A stretch of DNA of 61,196 nucleotides, counting the filler, from Stramenopiles sp. TOSAG23-2 (lineage: Eukaryota): NCBI GenBank assembly GCA_900128395.1. It is 5 parts of 5 records of this genome, joined end to end, with 100 filler letters (N's around TTAATTAATTAA, not from the genome) between each part and the next. Parts side by side here need not be neighbours in the genome. Positions count along the whole stretch, not along the records: positions 36,805 to 48,969 come from LT649875.1; positions 49,070 to 61,196 come from LT649876.1; 3 more parts are not named here. One strand, written 5' to 3'. The notes beneath the pieces are model-generated. The model saw only the letters and a list, made by a program, of their open reading frames with translations. It ran no database searches and was not told the DNA's origin. The position numbers were made by a program, and so were the translations under genes. Below, piece after piece: positions 46,409 through 56,892 of the stretch (position 1 is its first letter; each line of letters starts with the position of its first letter).

Positions 46409-47431
46409 ATGGATCATTTAAGTGAAGATGAGATAGCAGCCAAGTTGGAAGACTTAGTAAAAGCAAATGAAAAAATTCGTAGAGAAAATGAATTATATGA
46501 ATCATATGCAGACAGGAATGTAACGGAGGAGGAAACGAAGACGGCTGAAGGTGGTCGACGTGGTAAAAAAGAGAGACGAAGAGCAGAGAAGAAAAATCAA
46601 AATTTACCACAATTTTTAACAACACAACAAAAATTGGACATAGCAAACGCAGAGGCAGAAGCAATACAAAAAGAAATTAATGAAACAAAAGGTAACGGGG
46701 AGAAATTAGTTGATACGTTGAAAAGTGTTATTGAGGAAACGGATATCCGCGTATCCGACTTAAAGAAAGATGCATATGAATTTAAACGTGATATTGTCGT
46801 TGGTGCTGAAAATTTTCGTACTGGTAAAACTATGGCAGAAAAAGTCATACGTTATATGGAAGAAAAATTAAGACAAAAAGATGCATTGATTGAAAAATTA
46901 AAATTGAAAAATTCTACTATTAAAAGTCAAATTGCAAAAGTTGATTCACAATTAAGACAAAAAGAAGAAATGGGCGATGTTTTGCATTATATTGATTTCC
47001 ATCAATTGCAAATTGAAAATAAACAATACGTAGCAAAAATTGAAGAGCGTAATCAAGAGTTGTTAAAATTAAAAATGACAACTGGTAGCACAGTACAAGT
47101 ATTAAATAGTTTAAAAAAGCAATTACAAGATGTAATAGCGGAAAGTGATTGGTTAAGAAAAGAAATCAAAGCAAGAACAGAAATGTTAAAGAAAATAAAG
47201 AAAGATAACATTATTGTTGGTGATGAAATTGTTAAAGAACGAAAACGTTTAAAAGGTTTTGCTGCAGCACGTGAGGAAACAGAAGGTTTACCAGAAGTAT
47301 TAGATTATATATTACAAAAAAAAGAAGTTTATGAATTGGAAGCAACTATTAAAAATTGGGAACGTAAAATTGAAATTGCAGATATGGAAGCTAGAGTTGT
47401 TAGGCAACAACGTCGTGCACAACGAATGTAA
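46409..47431 (+). CDS. CCDC113: Cilia/flagella-associated coiled-coil protein CCDC113 (CFAP263, DUF4201)
   Basis: AEKVIRYMEEK, QLRQKEEMGDVLHYIDFHQLQIEN, WERKIEIA. Confidence 0.88.
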   Translation: MDHLSEDEIAAKLEDLVKANEKIRRENELYESYADRNVTEEETKTAEGGRRGKKERRRAEKKNQNLPQFLTTQQKLDIANAEAEAIQKEINETKGNGEKLVDTLKSVIEETDIRVSDLKKDAYEFKRDIVVGAENFRTGKTMAEKVIRYMEEKLRQKDALIEKLKLKNSTIKSQIAKVDSQLRQKEEMGDVLHYIDFHQLQIENKQYVAKIEERNQELLKLKMTTGSTVQVLNSLKKQLQDVIAESDWLRKEIKARTEMLKKIKKDNIIVGDEIVKERKRLKGFAAAREETEGLPEVLDYILQKKEVYELEATIKNWERKIEIADMEARVVRQQRRAQRM

Positions 47432-47600
47432 ATTTTTTTGTTTATTTTTATAAAATATATATACACGCGACGAGACGAAGAAGTGTGTGTATATAAAAAT
47501 AAATCATATTTTATACGTAAATTACAAAAAATATAATATATACTCTCGTATAATATATATTTTATGATATCATAATTAATGCATAATTTTTTCGTATAAT

Positions 47601-47750
47601 ATATAATTTAATTTACGCATAATTTATTTTTAATTTACTCATGATAATTCCTACTCTTCAAAAGAATAAAATAACTGAAATAATCTATCTCACACAAGTG
47701 TGTTGATATTCTCATAATCGAAAATACCAATGAAGGTAAATAGATAGTAT
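47601..47750 (+). repeat. Dispersed repeat family A, ~150-bp copy
   Basis: Near-identical to 53378-53527, which lies on a different contig. Confidence 0.92.
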
Positions 47751-47981
47751 CAACTACTCATAATAGCTGATGGAAAATGGGCATCATATATATATATTTT
47801 AAATAACGAAAAGAATATGTGTACATGATATATGTTTCGTTTGGTAATTCTTGTGTGTGTGTGTGTGTGTGTGTGTATTACTGGAAAAGCTCGTAGGAAG
47901 TGTGTATAGTATAGCTTTCAGCTTTCACTGTACATTTCAATTATCATATTACGAGTATTAATAAAAATGCAATTTTAAAAT

Positions 47982-48688
47982 TTATTTCTGTTTATATTTG
48001 CAATTATTATTTTCACATGGGCCGTATTTACACAAACCTCCTGCACACCATCCGTATTCACACTCCCCTGCACGCAGGCATCCTTCAAAGGCACATAAAC
48101 CTCCAGAACAACCTTCGGTTTTGTTATCGTTGTAATAGTAATCGCATTGTCCACCAAGACACCAGCCATACTTACACATACCCCCTTCGCATGCTTGAAA
48201 GTTGCACGCACCAGTGCAGTTTCCATAATTACACAGACCTCCTTGGCACGTATTATATAAACACTTTCCAGGAATGCAGTTGGAATATCGGCAACCCCCC
48301 CCGTTACAAGAGCTATATGTGCATGGTAAACTACCCCCGCATGTGCCATAAGAACAATAGCCGCCATCGCAAGTGCCATACGTGCAGCCACCTATTTAAA
48401 TATTAATATATTTAATGTTAGTAGATCGTTGATATATATAATAATATAGAGATAAGGAATCACTTATGTATATTACATTTTGGTATATCCATGTATATGT
48501 ATGTATGTATACTGACCTCCTGGGCATGCAGCAAATTTAGTCCGCCCATTAGAATTTGAGTAATGACATGATCCCTCCGTGCAAATATGTGAAGGATCAA
48601 TGGCGGCGTTAAATTCTGCTGTTGCTGAAAAAATATTTGCCACCAAACATGAAAATATAATTGTAATCACAACTTTGTTATCTACCAT
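47982..48688 (-). CDS. Secreted Cys/Gly/Tyr-rich repeat protein (193 aa); exons 48688-48517 and 48391-47982
   Basis: Signal peptide MVDNKVVITIIFSCLVANIFSATA. Intron 48516-48392 (GTCAGT...TACTAAC...ATAG) joins in frame to GCTYGTCDGGYCSYGTC...CKYKQK. Confidence 0.85.
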
Positions 48689-48969
48689 TATGTTTGTTCA
48701 ATCAAAAATAATTTATATATATATATATATATATATACAAAAAAAATAAGTTTGTGTAATATAAATATAATAAATAAGAGAATTTTATATATATATATAA
48801 TTGATGATTTCAATCTAAATAAATATACATGTATAAAGAATTCTATATGGTATTATATGTGTAGACGAGACTACTTTTTGCTCTTCTTCTTAGCACCTAA
48901 ATGTACAGGTACATATAAAAATGTCAAAAATGTAAAAAAAATATATCAAGAAGCAATGGAAATAGTAAA

Positions 48970-49069
48970 NNNNNNNNNNNNNNNNNNNNNNNNNNNNNNN
49001 NNNNNNNNNNNNNTTAATTAATTAANNNNNNNNNNNNNNNNNNNNNNNNNNNNNNNNNNNNNNNNNNNN
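48970..49069. other. Artificial contig spacer
   Basis: N44-TTAATTAATTAA-N44. Confidence 0.98.
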
Positions 49070-49112
49070 AAAAAAAAAAAAAATTCACCATCTTTAATGT
49101 AGATAACTCTAT
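49070..49112 (+). repeat. Repeat family C end (poly-A plus 29-mer)
   Basis: The 29-mer is identical to 24565-24593. Confidence 0.85.
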
Positions 49113-49503
49113 AAGATATGAAATATAAAAAATTAATATTATAGTAAGTAAGGATAGTAAATATTGCCTATGATAAAACAGGTCAATCCAGGAACCACAC
49201 AGGAGAACTCCAGGAACTCAGCAGGAACTAGTAACTGGCAAGCCCAGCAAGCTGGGCAAGCCCAGCGGGCCAGCAAGCGCAGAGTCTTCTCGTCTTCTCT
49301 CGCAGCTCCTCTGCAGCCGGCCCGGCCGGCAGGAACCCAGAAGTAGCAACTCGTCTCATTACTACCCACACATATATTGTATCTATGATGTATCCATGTG
49401 TGTGGTATATATGACAACAATATAAAATGTATATACAATCATAATTCAACTTATATATTACAGTACTTGTAAAACATTAAAAAAAATTACCAAGATAAAA
49501 ACG

Positions 49504-52500
49504 ATGCGTCTTCCAGTAGCGCTTGATTCGAGCAAACGTACATGTTTCATAGCATTGCCTAATGTTGCAATTCGTGCGTTATTTGGTCAACAAAGACCTG
49601 CCGGGGTTGTTGCATTAAAAATGAGATGGGGTGGCAAGACAGCTTTTGTAGGTTTTGCAGGGCATATGTCCTCTCGTGCAGTAGTTGAAGTACCAACTGC
49701 ATTTGCACAGACAATCGGTTTAGCTGAAGACGTGCAAGCTGCGGGCGGAATACCATTATTTGTTGTCTTAAACAAGGTTGATTATGCACCAAAAGTGCAG
49801 TCTATAACATTGGACCCTGTTAGCGAAGATGATTGGGAAATTATAGAACGCAATGCTGGATTTTTAGAAAACTCTTTGTTAGACCAAATCAGCGCAGTAT
49901 ATACGGGATTAATTTTTCCAGTATGGATTGAGGGTCGTATGCTTGTTAGATTAAAAGCTACTTCAAAGAACTCAAACGTTTGCGAATTGCTTGCAAGAGA
50001 CTCCGAGGTAATTATTGCACCTCGTGTTAGGAAAAAAAAACGTTCCGAGCAAAAAAAAGCTTTGCCAAAACCAGATATTGTCGACAACGTTGGGGAAAAA
50101 CGCAATATATTAGAATTGAAAGTACTACCATGTGAAGATGAACAGTATTCAGGTCCAGCTATACGTGATGGATGGAAATCAAATACCCAAGCATTTATGC
50201 ACCCAAAGACATTGGAACGTTTAGCAGATGGAAATAGTAAAGAGAAGAGTAACAAGAATAATAATGACGAAGAAAGTAGCGATGATGAAAATAATAATAA
50301 CAACAACAACAACACACGAAGTACAACAACAAATGGTAATACTTGGGGTGGACGTTACCACCCTTTATTAGGTTCTATATTAACATTTTCAGACGATGAT
50401 GATATTGAAGGGGAAGTAGATGAATCGAAAAGAAAAGATTTTATGGAAGAAAACGATGATGCAATAGTGTTGTTTTTTCCAAATGAATCTGTACCAGAAG
50501 ATTATGTTTGTATTCCATGGGCAACACGTATTAAATGTAACCTGGAAATCTTTAAAAGGGTAAAAGTAGCAACGCGAATTTCGACACCGCCAAAGAAAGC
50601 ATCAAATAAAGTTGAGATTTTTCTACGCCCAGTTCATTTTGAATTAGAAAAAAAATTAGATACAGATGATAGTGAAATAAAGGAAAAAGGCGAGGAGAAA
50701 AAACAGGATAATGGTAAAGAAAATATGAATGAACTACCAACGTTAGATCAATCAACTGATACATCGGCAATTTTATTAGCTGCTAAGCTTAGCAACACAT
50801 ACAATTTTGATGAAAATATTGTTATTGATGCGTTTTGGGCCTCCGTAAATGCCATGGAGGATAAACAAAAGTTATTTAGGGAAGAAAATGAAGAGTATAC
50901 ATATGGCGGTGGATTAATTTTATCACATGGTAGCATCATTGTGTTGAAATTGAAATCTGGATTTGCGCCACAAGCATTTGAAATAGGATTGATGATTAAA
51001 AGTGCACAAGACAACGTGAATTTACAATCGGCGTGGAAAGATACATTGGAATCTGCTGGTGGTGCAAGAATTGGCAATGCTACCATTCCGAATTCCGGTT
51101 TGTTAAATGAAAATGAAGTTGAGAAAAAACGTGAGTGGAGAATCATATGTTCAAAAAAAGCTACTAAAGGGAATGCATTATTAGTACCTAATGTATATCT
51201 TGGCAGTCCAGCAACTGTTCCCGTTCCAATGGAAGCCCTTTGTGATGAATTTTATGATGGTGTTCCTCCTGCGTTTATTGGGGCTAGAAACGAAACACTT
51301 CACAAAGCATGGTTACAGCTAGCATCAAGAATTGTCCCTGAAGCGATTAGAATTCGCACTGTTTTAGGCACACCACCACCTGGACATTTATTAATTACTG
51401 GCGGCAATGCAACAGGTAAATCAACTTTTGTATCTGCATTGGCTTGGAAATTTAGGCATGATCGATCATGCCTTGCACGGACAATTACAGTTGAATGCCG
51501 CTCATTGGTTGGCAAAAAAACGCCAGATGTGCGAAAAGCTTTGAAGAAAGCGCTGGATGATGGAATGCGAATGGAACCTGCGGTAATAATTTTTGATGAT
51601 ATCGATGCCTTAATGCCTGTATCAGAAGGTGGAGAACCTGAAAATATTCAAGCGGCAAGATTGGCCGAAGATGTATCAGATATGTTAATTGAAACATCAA
51701 GAGTTATGGAAAGAAAAATGTATGAAGCGGAAAAGAACAACCAAGGTGGTGACAATATTCATTCAGGTGGCATTGCCATTGTCGCGACTGCAAAACGAAA
51801 AGGCGCGCTTCACCCATCGCTACAACGCTGCGGCATCATTGATACTGCATTAGCAATGGACCCACCAGATGCACAAGGTCGTGGTGATATTATTGATGCG
51901 TTATTAGATAAAGTATTGGTAGAGAATGGATATGAAACATCCAACGACAGTATTAGTGAAAATAATAATAGAAACAATAGCAACAACACGCCAGATGTCG
52001 ACGAAGATATTTACGGGGGCAATGACAATAGTGGTATTGATAGTTTAGGATTAGGGGGGCTAACAGAAGGTTATATGCCAGGTGATTTACAATTATTAGT
52101 CAAACGTGCTAGATTGATTTCCTCATTAGAGCGTGTCAAGGAGAACAGTAGGAAAATTGAAAGTTCCAATAATTATTCGGCATTGGATTATTTAACCAAA
52201 GGTAGCGTTTTGCCCCAGCAAGAGCATTTCGATGAAGCAATGGAAGAGTACAAACCTGCAGCGTTGAAAAGCGTTAAATTATTCACATCAGATGTCGAAT
52301 GGTCAGATGTAGGTGGATTAGATAAAGTTCGCCATACATTGAAAGATACATTGCAGTTACCAACCTTATTCGCACCATTATTTTCACGGGCACCAATTAA
52401 GCTACCATCTGGCGTCTGTCTTTTTGGCCCACCAGGATGCGGAAAAACGTTACTAGCTGGTGCTGTAGCTAATGAATGCGGTCTTAACTTTATAAGTGTT

Positions 52501-53256
52501 AAAGGCCCAGAAATTTTGAACAAATATATCGGTGGTAGTGAAGAAAATGTAAGGAATCTTTTTGCTAGGGCAGCAGCAGCTGCACCATCTATTCTGTTCT
52601 TTGATGAATTTGATTCTGTAGCACCAAGGCGAGGAGCTGATTCCACCGGTGTAACAGATCGTGTAGTGAATCAATTGTTGACATTTTTAGATGGTGTTGA
52701 AGATCGTACTGGAGTCTATGTGATGGCAGCAACCAGTCGCCCCGATATGATTGACCCCGCACTGCTACGCCCCGGAAGGTTGGATAAATCACTTTATTGT
52801 GGTTTTCCAGACGAGAAAGAGCGTATATCAATTTTTGAAACCGTTGCAACAAAAATGGGGTTGTCCAAAGATGTCTTTCAAGTTTTCCCCCAATTAGCTC
52901 TGGAATATTCAACATTTACAGGTGCCGATATTCAAGCAGCACTTTATACAGCACAATTGTCCTCTATACATGAATCGACTCCAAGTATGGAGGAGTTGAA
53001 AAAGTTGGAAGCTGAAGGCAAAAAGCCACCGTCTGCTACTGAAAATGTAGTCACTCCACAACAAGTCATTGACGCATGTGCTGCTGCAAGGCCATCTGTA
53101 TCGATTCAAGATCGTCGTATGTATACTAAAATTTATAAGAAATACCTAGCAGATCGTGGACAGGATGAGGAAAGTCCAGTGGGAGATGATGCTGGTGATA
53201 ATGACGATGATTCGTTTGGATATGATGTCAAAAAACAAAGGACGGCATTGGCGTAG
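49504..53256 (+). CDS. PEX1: Peroxisome biogenesis AAA+ ATPase PEX1
   Basis: PEX-1N motif PVSEDDWEIIERNAGFLENSLLDQI; D1 GGNATGKST; D2 GPPGCGKT, FFDEFD, DSTGVTDRVVNQLLT, ALLRPGRLD; C-terminal QRTALA. Confidence 0.95.
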   Translation: MRLPVALDSSKRTCFIALPNVAIRALFGQQRPAGVVALKMRWGGKTAFVGFAGHMSSRAVVEVPTAFAQTIGLAEDVQAAGGIPLFVVLNKVDYAPKVQSITLDPVSEDDWEIIERNAGFLENSLLDQISAVYTGLIFPVWIEGRMLVRLKATSKNSNVCELLARDSEVIIAPRVRKKKRSEQKKALPKPDIVDNVGEKRNILELKVLPCEDEQYSGPAIRDGWKSNTQAFMHPKTLERLADGNSKEKSNKNNNDEESSDDENNNNNNNNTRSTTTNGNTWGGRYHPLLGSILTFSDDDDIEGEVDESKRKDFMEENDDAIVLFFPNESVPEDYVCIPWATRIKCNLEIFKRVKVATRISTPPKKASNKVEIFLRPVHFELEKKLDTDDSEIKEKGEEKKQDNGKENMNELPTLDQSTDTSAILLAAKLSNTYNFDENIVIDAFWASVNAMEDKQKLFREENEEYTYGGGLILSHGSIIVLKLKSGFAPQAFEIGLMIKSAQDNVNLQSAWKDTLESAGGARIGNATIPNSGLLNENEVEKKREWRIICSKKATKGNALLVPNVYLGSPATVPVPMEALCDEFYDGVPPAFIGARNETLHKAWLQLASRIVPEAIRIRTVLGTPPPGHLLITGGNATGKSTFVSALAWKFRHDRSCLARTITVECRSLVGKKTPDVRKALKKALDDGMRMEPAVIIFDDIDALMPVSEGGEPENIQAARLAEDVSDMLIETSRVMERKMYEAEKNNQGGDNIHSGGIAIVATAKRKGALHPSLQRCGIIDTALAMDPPDAQGRGDIIDALLDKVLVENGYETSNDSISENNNRNNSNNTPDVDEDIYGGNDNSGIDSLGLGGLTEGYMPGDLQLLVKRARLISSLERVKENSRKIESSNNYSALDYLTKGSVLPQQEHFDEAMEEYKPAALKSVKLFTSDVEWSDVGGLDKVRHTLKDTLQLPTLFAPLFSRAPIKLPSGVCLFGPPGCGKTLLAGAVANECGLNFISVKGPEILNKYIGGSEENVRNLFARAAAAAPSILFFDEFDSVAPRRGADSTGVTDRVVNQLLTFLDGVEDRTGVYVMAATSRPDMIDPALLRPGRLDKSLYCGFPDEKERISIFETVATKMGLSKDVFQVFPQLALEYSTFTGADIQAALYTAQLSSIHESTPSMEELKKLEAEGKKPPSATENVVTPQQVIDACAAARPSVSIQDRRMYTKIYKKYLADRGQDEESPVGDDAGDNDDDSFGYDVKKQRTALA

Positions 53257-53377
53257 ATGAAAAGAATATATGCATATAGATACACACTCACACACGTATA
53301 TGCATAATTTGTATCAATATGATATCATACGTAATTTTAAGATATATATTATAACACAAAATGATATCTTCTCGTAA

Positions 53378-53580
53378 ATATAATTTAATTTACGCATAAT
53401 TTATTTTTAATTTACTCATGATAATTCCTACTCTTCAAAAGAATAAAATATATGAAATAATCTATCTCACACAAGTGTGTTGATATTCTCATAATCGAAA
53501 ATACCAATGAAGGTAAATAGATAGTATTTATTTTTAATTTACTCATGATAATTCCTACTCTTCAAAAGAATAAAATATAT
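53378..53580 (+). repeat. Dispersed repeat family A, full copy plus partial tandem copy (53528-53580)
   Basis: Identity to 47601-47750; an inverted 15-mer TATTCTTTTGAAGAG also lies at 53650-53664. Confidence 0.92.
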
Positions 53581-54070
53581 TACATATAATATTAACATCC
53601 ATAGATATTATTGCCTTAGATATGTATTGTTACTATCATACCCTACTCATATTCTTTTGAAGAGAGGCGCGTATATGCATATAAATTATCATACTCGTAT
53701 TTGAGACATGTAAAATTAATATATGAGTGTATGAGAAATAATAATATAAAAAAATACAAAATAATACGAGTACTTCGTTCGTACGACGTACGAAGTACCA
53801 AAACTAAAAAAAATAAATTAAATGCGTAAAGCTAACTTTAAAATTATTTTATATATTTTTTATTTTTTAAAATAAAAAAATAAAAAATATGATACGAACC
53901 CCTCGACTTTGTACACACAATAAATTGTCTCCCCACTTATAAAAAAAATGTGGGGGGTAAATAGAAAAATAATGCGGTGCGCGTGAACAATTTACTTTCT
54001 TTGCTTTATACATGACCAAACGTATATAAAGTGTAAATTTTGTACAAATACCTCCTTGTTCTTTTCACTA

Positions 54071-54826
54071 CTAAGAATGATTCCAATTATTAAATTGTTG
54101 TTGCGCAAAATTTTGATGTCCTCCCATATTCATAGTTTGTTGATGTTGTCGCTGTAGATGTTGAAAATTCATATTGCTCATTTGGCTGAAATTTGAAGGA
54201 TTTGTGTTACTACTATCATTGCTGCTATTATTAAATCCCATTTGGTATGGGAAGTCGTTCCCATTTACATTGTTTTGCATATTATTACTATTATCTTGTA
54301 AAGTATTCCTACTATTATTTCTCAACGGAGAAGCTCTCCTTGCTTTCCAAGGAGAGGTATTATGCCACACAGCATCATAATTTTTTGCTGGAAAATGTGT
54401 TGAGTTACGCTTGACGATTTCCGGCGTAGTAGGAATGTTTTTAGACATGAAATTAAATTGTATCGCTTGACCACCTGGGGTTGTCCAAGTAGCATCAAAA
54501 CGCTTGCCGGTAGTAGTTAAGCTTTCTAATTTTGTCCTTTCTGGTGTACTACTAATACTATTTGGCGAATTACCTTGTCCATCAGTTTTTTTTCGTCTGC
54601 TTGAAGATGCAGATGAAACAGGTATAGCTTTTGAAGTAGATCTTGATCGCTGCAGCCTTTGGTTCAATAAGGTCTGTAAATCTACTGATGAAACATCGTC
54701 TAAGTTCTCTACATCTAAATTAACATTTTTTTTCGGTGTTATTAGTAAGTTCGAAGTAGTATCAATTTCCAATTTTGTGGCAGTTTTTGTTTCAATATCC
54801 ATAGCGTTATTATTTACAATTTCCAT
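54071..54826 (-). CDS. Uncharacterised disordered protein rich in SP/TP sites, with N/Q-rich tail
   Basis: 251-aa ORF with ATG; composition is typical of the genome's coding DNA. Confidence 0.7.
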   Translation of the reverse strand: MEIVNNNAMDIETKTATKLEIDTTSNLLITPKKNVNLDVENLDDVSSVDLQTLLNQRLQRSRSTSKAIPVSSASSSRRKKTDGQGNSPNSISSTPERTKLESLTTTGKRFDATWTTPGGQAIQFNFMSKNIPTTPEIVKRNSTHFPAKNYDAVWHNTSPWKARRASPLRNNSRNTLQDNSNNMQNNVNGNDFPYQMGFNNSSNDSSNTNPSNFSQMSNMNFQHLQRQHQQTMNMGGHQNFAQQQFNNWNHS

Positions 54827-55364
54827 GTTTTCGAAATGAAATACAAAAACTATTATGCAAACAATGCGACTAGAATGTATTCAGAAATATATGAGTTTAT
54901 ATTTATGTATATATATATATCAATTAAAGCTATACTTGTCAAACGAAGGTTTCTGTAGTTTGATTTACAATTTGATATATTATGGAATATACATATTGTA
55001 TGTAAGCTACATGTAAATATTGCTGTTAATAAACTGAATAATTACCTCCTGGAGTTATAAGTGCTTATAATATTATTAATGAAATTAACCTAGATCTACC
55101 GCCTGATAATTTTTTTTCACAACAAGTGCATAAAAAAAGTTTTCAAGTTTTATAGAATAACCATCGCACAGCATTATTAATAGATTGATAGCTGGATAGC
55201 TTTCAGCTTACAAAAAAGAAATAACGATTATTTATTAGAATTCCGAGTTGATTCATACATAGGATAGAAAAATGCATATTGTAAAAATTATACTTTGAGG
55301 ATTAGGCTTCGATTATCAGTAGTGATATGCCAGTATACTCAGGAAACCCCGCTATGCTATTCGC

Positions 55365-55402
55365 ATATACAGTATGGCAGCGACAGCTGCCATACTGTAT
55401 AT
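55365..55402. other. Perfect 17-bp inverted repeat with 4-nt loop
   Basis: ATATACAGTATGGCAGC-GACA-GCTGCCATACTGTATAT. Confidence 0.9.
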
Positions 55403-55641
55403 AATGCCAGTATGCACCTTAACTGGCGGCTAACCTACTAATGGTATGCCATCTAGGCCATCAATAATATCAATAAAATAAGCACATAAGTGCATAGCAC
55501 CATACACACACTTTGCACCTTTTCCTTTCGTGCTTACCAGGCTTACGTTTATAACTTTTCTTTTCCTTTTTTAGAGCATTAGGACAGACGGAAGAGAATT
55601 ACGGAAGAAAAAGTAAAACAAAGAATAATAAATGGAATGGA

Positions 55642-56640
55642 ATGAATACAACCATGCAAGAGACGAAAATACCAAGACGGCTAAAACTAAACCGTGCACC
55701 AAATAATTGCAAGATATTATATTATGTAGAAAATGAAATTATCATAATTGATAAACCATGTGATGTCAAAATTGGACGTGGTGGTAGTTTAAATGAAATT
55801 AATAATAATAATAATGATAACGAAACGACAGTTGATAAATTAATTTATAAAATGATAAAAGAGAAACGTGATAATAATGGCGATCTTATGGTTGATAAAA
55901 TTCGATGGATTCATAGATTAGACATGGCAACATCTGGTGTATTATGTGTAGGTCTATCAAAGGCCAGTTCTAGATTAATTAATAGCTTATTTGATGAGAG
56001 AAAAGTGAAAAAATTATACATAGCTATAATTAGGGGAAACCTAAAACGTAAGGACAAGGAAGAAAAACTTTTACAAAAAAGAGACATTCCAACTTTTCCT
56101 GAATTTTTTCTTGGCAAACGGAAACGTAATTTGAAGAAGGAAGAATTGATATTTAATAGAACATTTTGGACATTTGACGAGGATGAAAATCAAGAAGTTT
56201 TGTATATAGATAAAAATATTGTTGTACAAGATAGCTTTAAAATGGCCACAGCATCATCAAGAACAACCATCACAAGCATCAATAACAACAACAATAATAA
56301 TAAACGCCTGGGTCGAATATCAAGAACCAAAGTGTTTGTTTTAAAATACCTAAATATAGAAGGCATTAAATGTACAAAAGTTGCTTTGATTCCCGAGACA
56401 GGTAGACGCCATCAACTAAGAGTACATTTAAATTCCATTGGACATCCAATTTTAGGTGATTGGACATATGACCGTGAGTTTTGTATAAAAAAGGATTTAA
56501 AGAGAATGTATTTACATTCGAAACGTTTAACTATTCCTGTAAAAGATTACAAGTATATTAATCACAGGGGAAAATGCAAAGGGTTGAAAATTGCGAAAGA
56601 GGATAAAATAGATATCGAAATTGAACTAGACCCATTTTAA
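55642..56640 (+). CDS. RluA-family RNA pseudouridine synthase
   Basis: IDKP, HRLDMATSG (catalytic Asp), TGRRHQLRVHL, GHPILGD, RMYLHS. Confidence 0.93.
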   Translation: MNTTMQETKIPRRLKLNRAPNNCKILYYVENEIIIIDKPCDVKIGRGGSLNEINNNNNDNETTVDKLIYKMIKEKRDNNGDLMVDKIRWIHRLDMATSGVLCVGLSKASSRLINSLFDERKVKKLYIAIIRGNLKRKDKEEKLLQKRDIPTFPEFFLGKRKRNLKKEELIFNRTFWTFDEDENQEVLYIDKNIVVQDSFKMATASSRTTITSINNNNNNNKRLGRISRTKVFVLKYLNIEGIKCTKVALIPETGRRHQLRVHLNSIGHPILGDWTYDREFCIKKDLKRMYLHSKRLTIPVKDYKYINHRGKCKGLKIAKEDKIDIEIELDPF

Positions 56641-56892
56641 AACTGTGTGTGTGCGCGTCGTCGCGTCGTACACACTTCCATGAAGCATTTCAAACGACTT
56701 TGAAGAGCTAAAACAATGAGAAATAAAGTGTAATTATATAGTGAATGTTTACCTTAACTTAGCACTGACACAGCAGTGGATATTTTTACATTGACTCTTA
56801 GCTCAGCGCAGCGCTCTCTCATCAATTGATTACGCTTCGTACGAAATTGTACAAAACATTTTTATGTTTATATTTATCATAAAATGTTATAA

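Noticed and set aside
47853-47876. (GT)n, (TA)n, (CT)n and (AAT)n microsatellites throughout
   Set aside because: Ordinary slippage repeats in an AT-rich genome.
47975-48391. 138-aa ORF MAARMALAM... and the overlapping + strand ORF 48017-48406
   Set aside because: Alternative frames of the Cys-rich exon; the spliced frame has the signal peptide and the regular repeat.
49139-49449. Small ORFs over the GC-rich island upstream of PEX1
   Set aside because: Explained by local high GC (few stops); no protein-like features.
51385-51425. Degenerate Walker A in PEX1 D1 (GGNATGKST) as a novelty
   Set aside because: A degenerate D1 ring is typical of PEX1/PEX6.
56793-56860. tRNA-like start (GACTCTTAGCTCAGCG)
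   Set aside because: No D-loop GG, no T-arm GTTCRA and no complementary acceptor stem.
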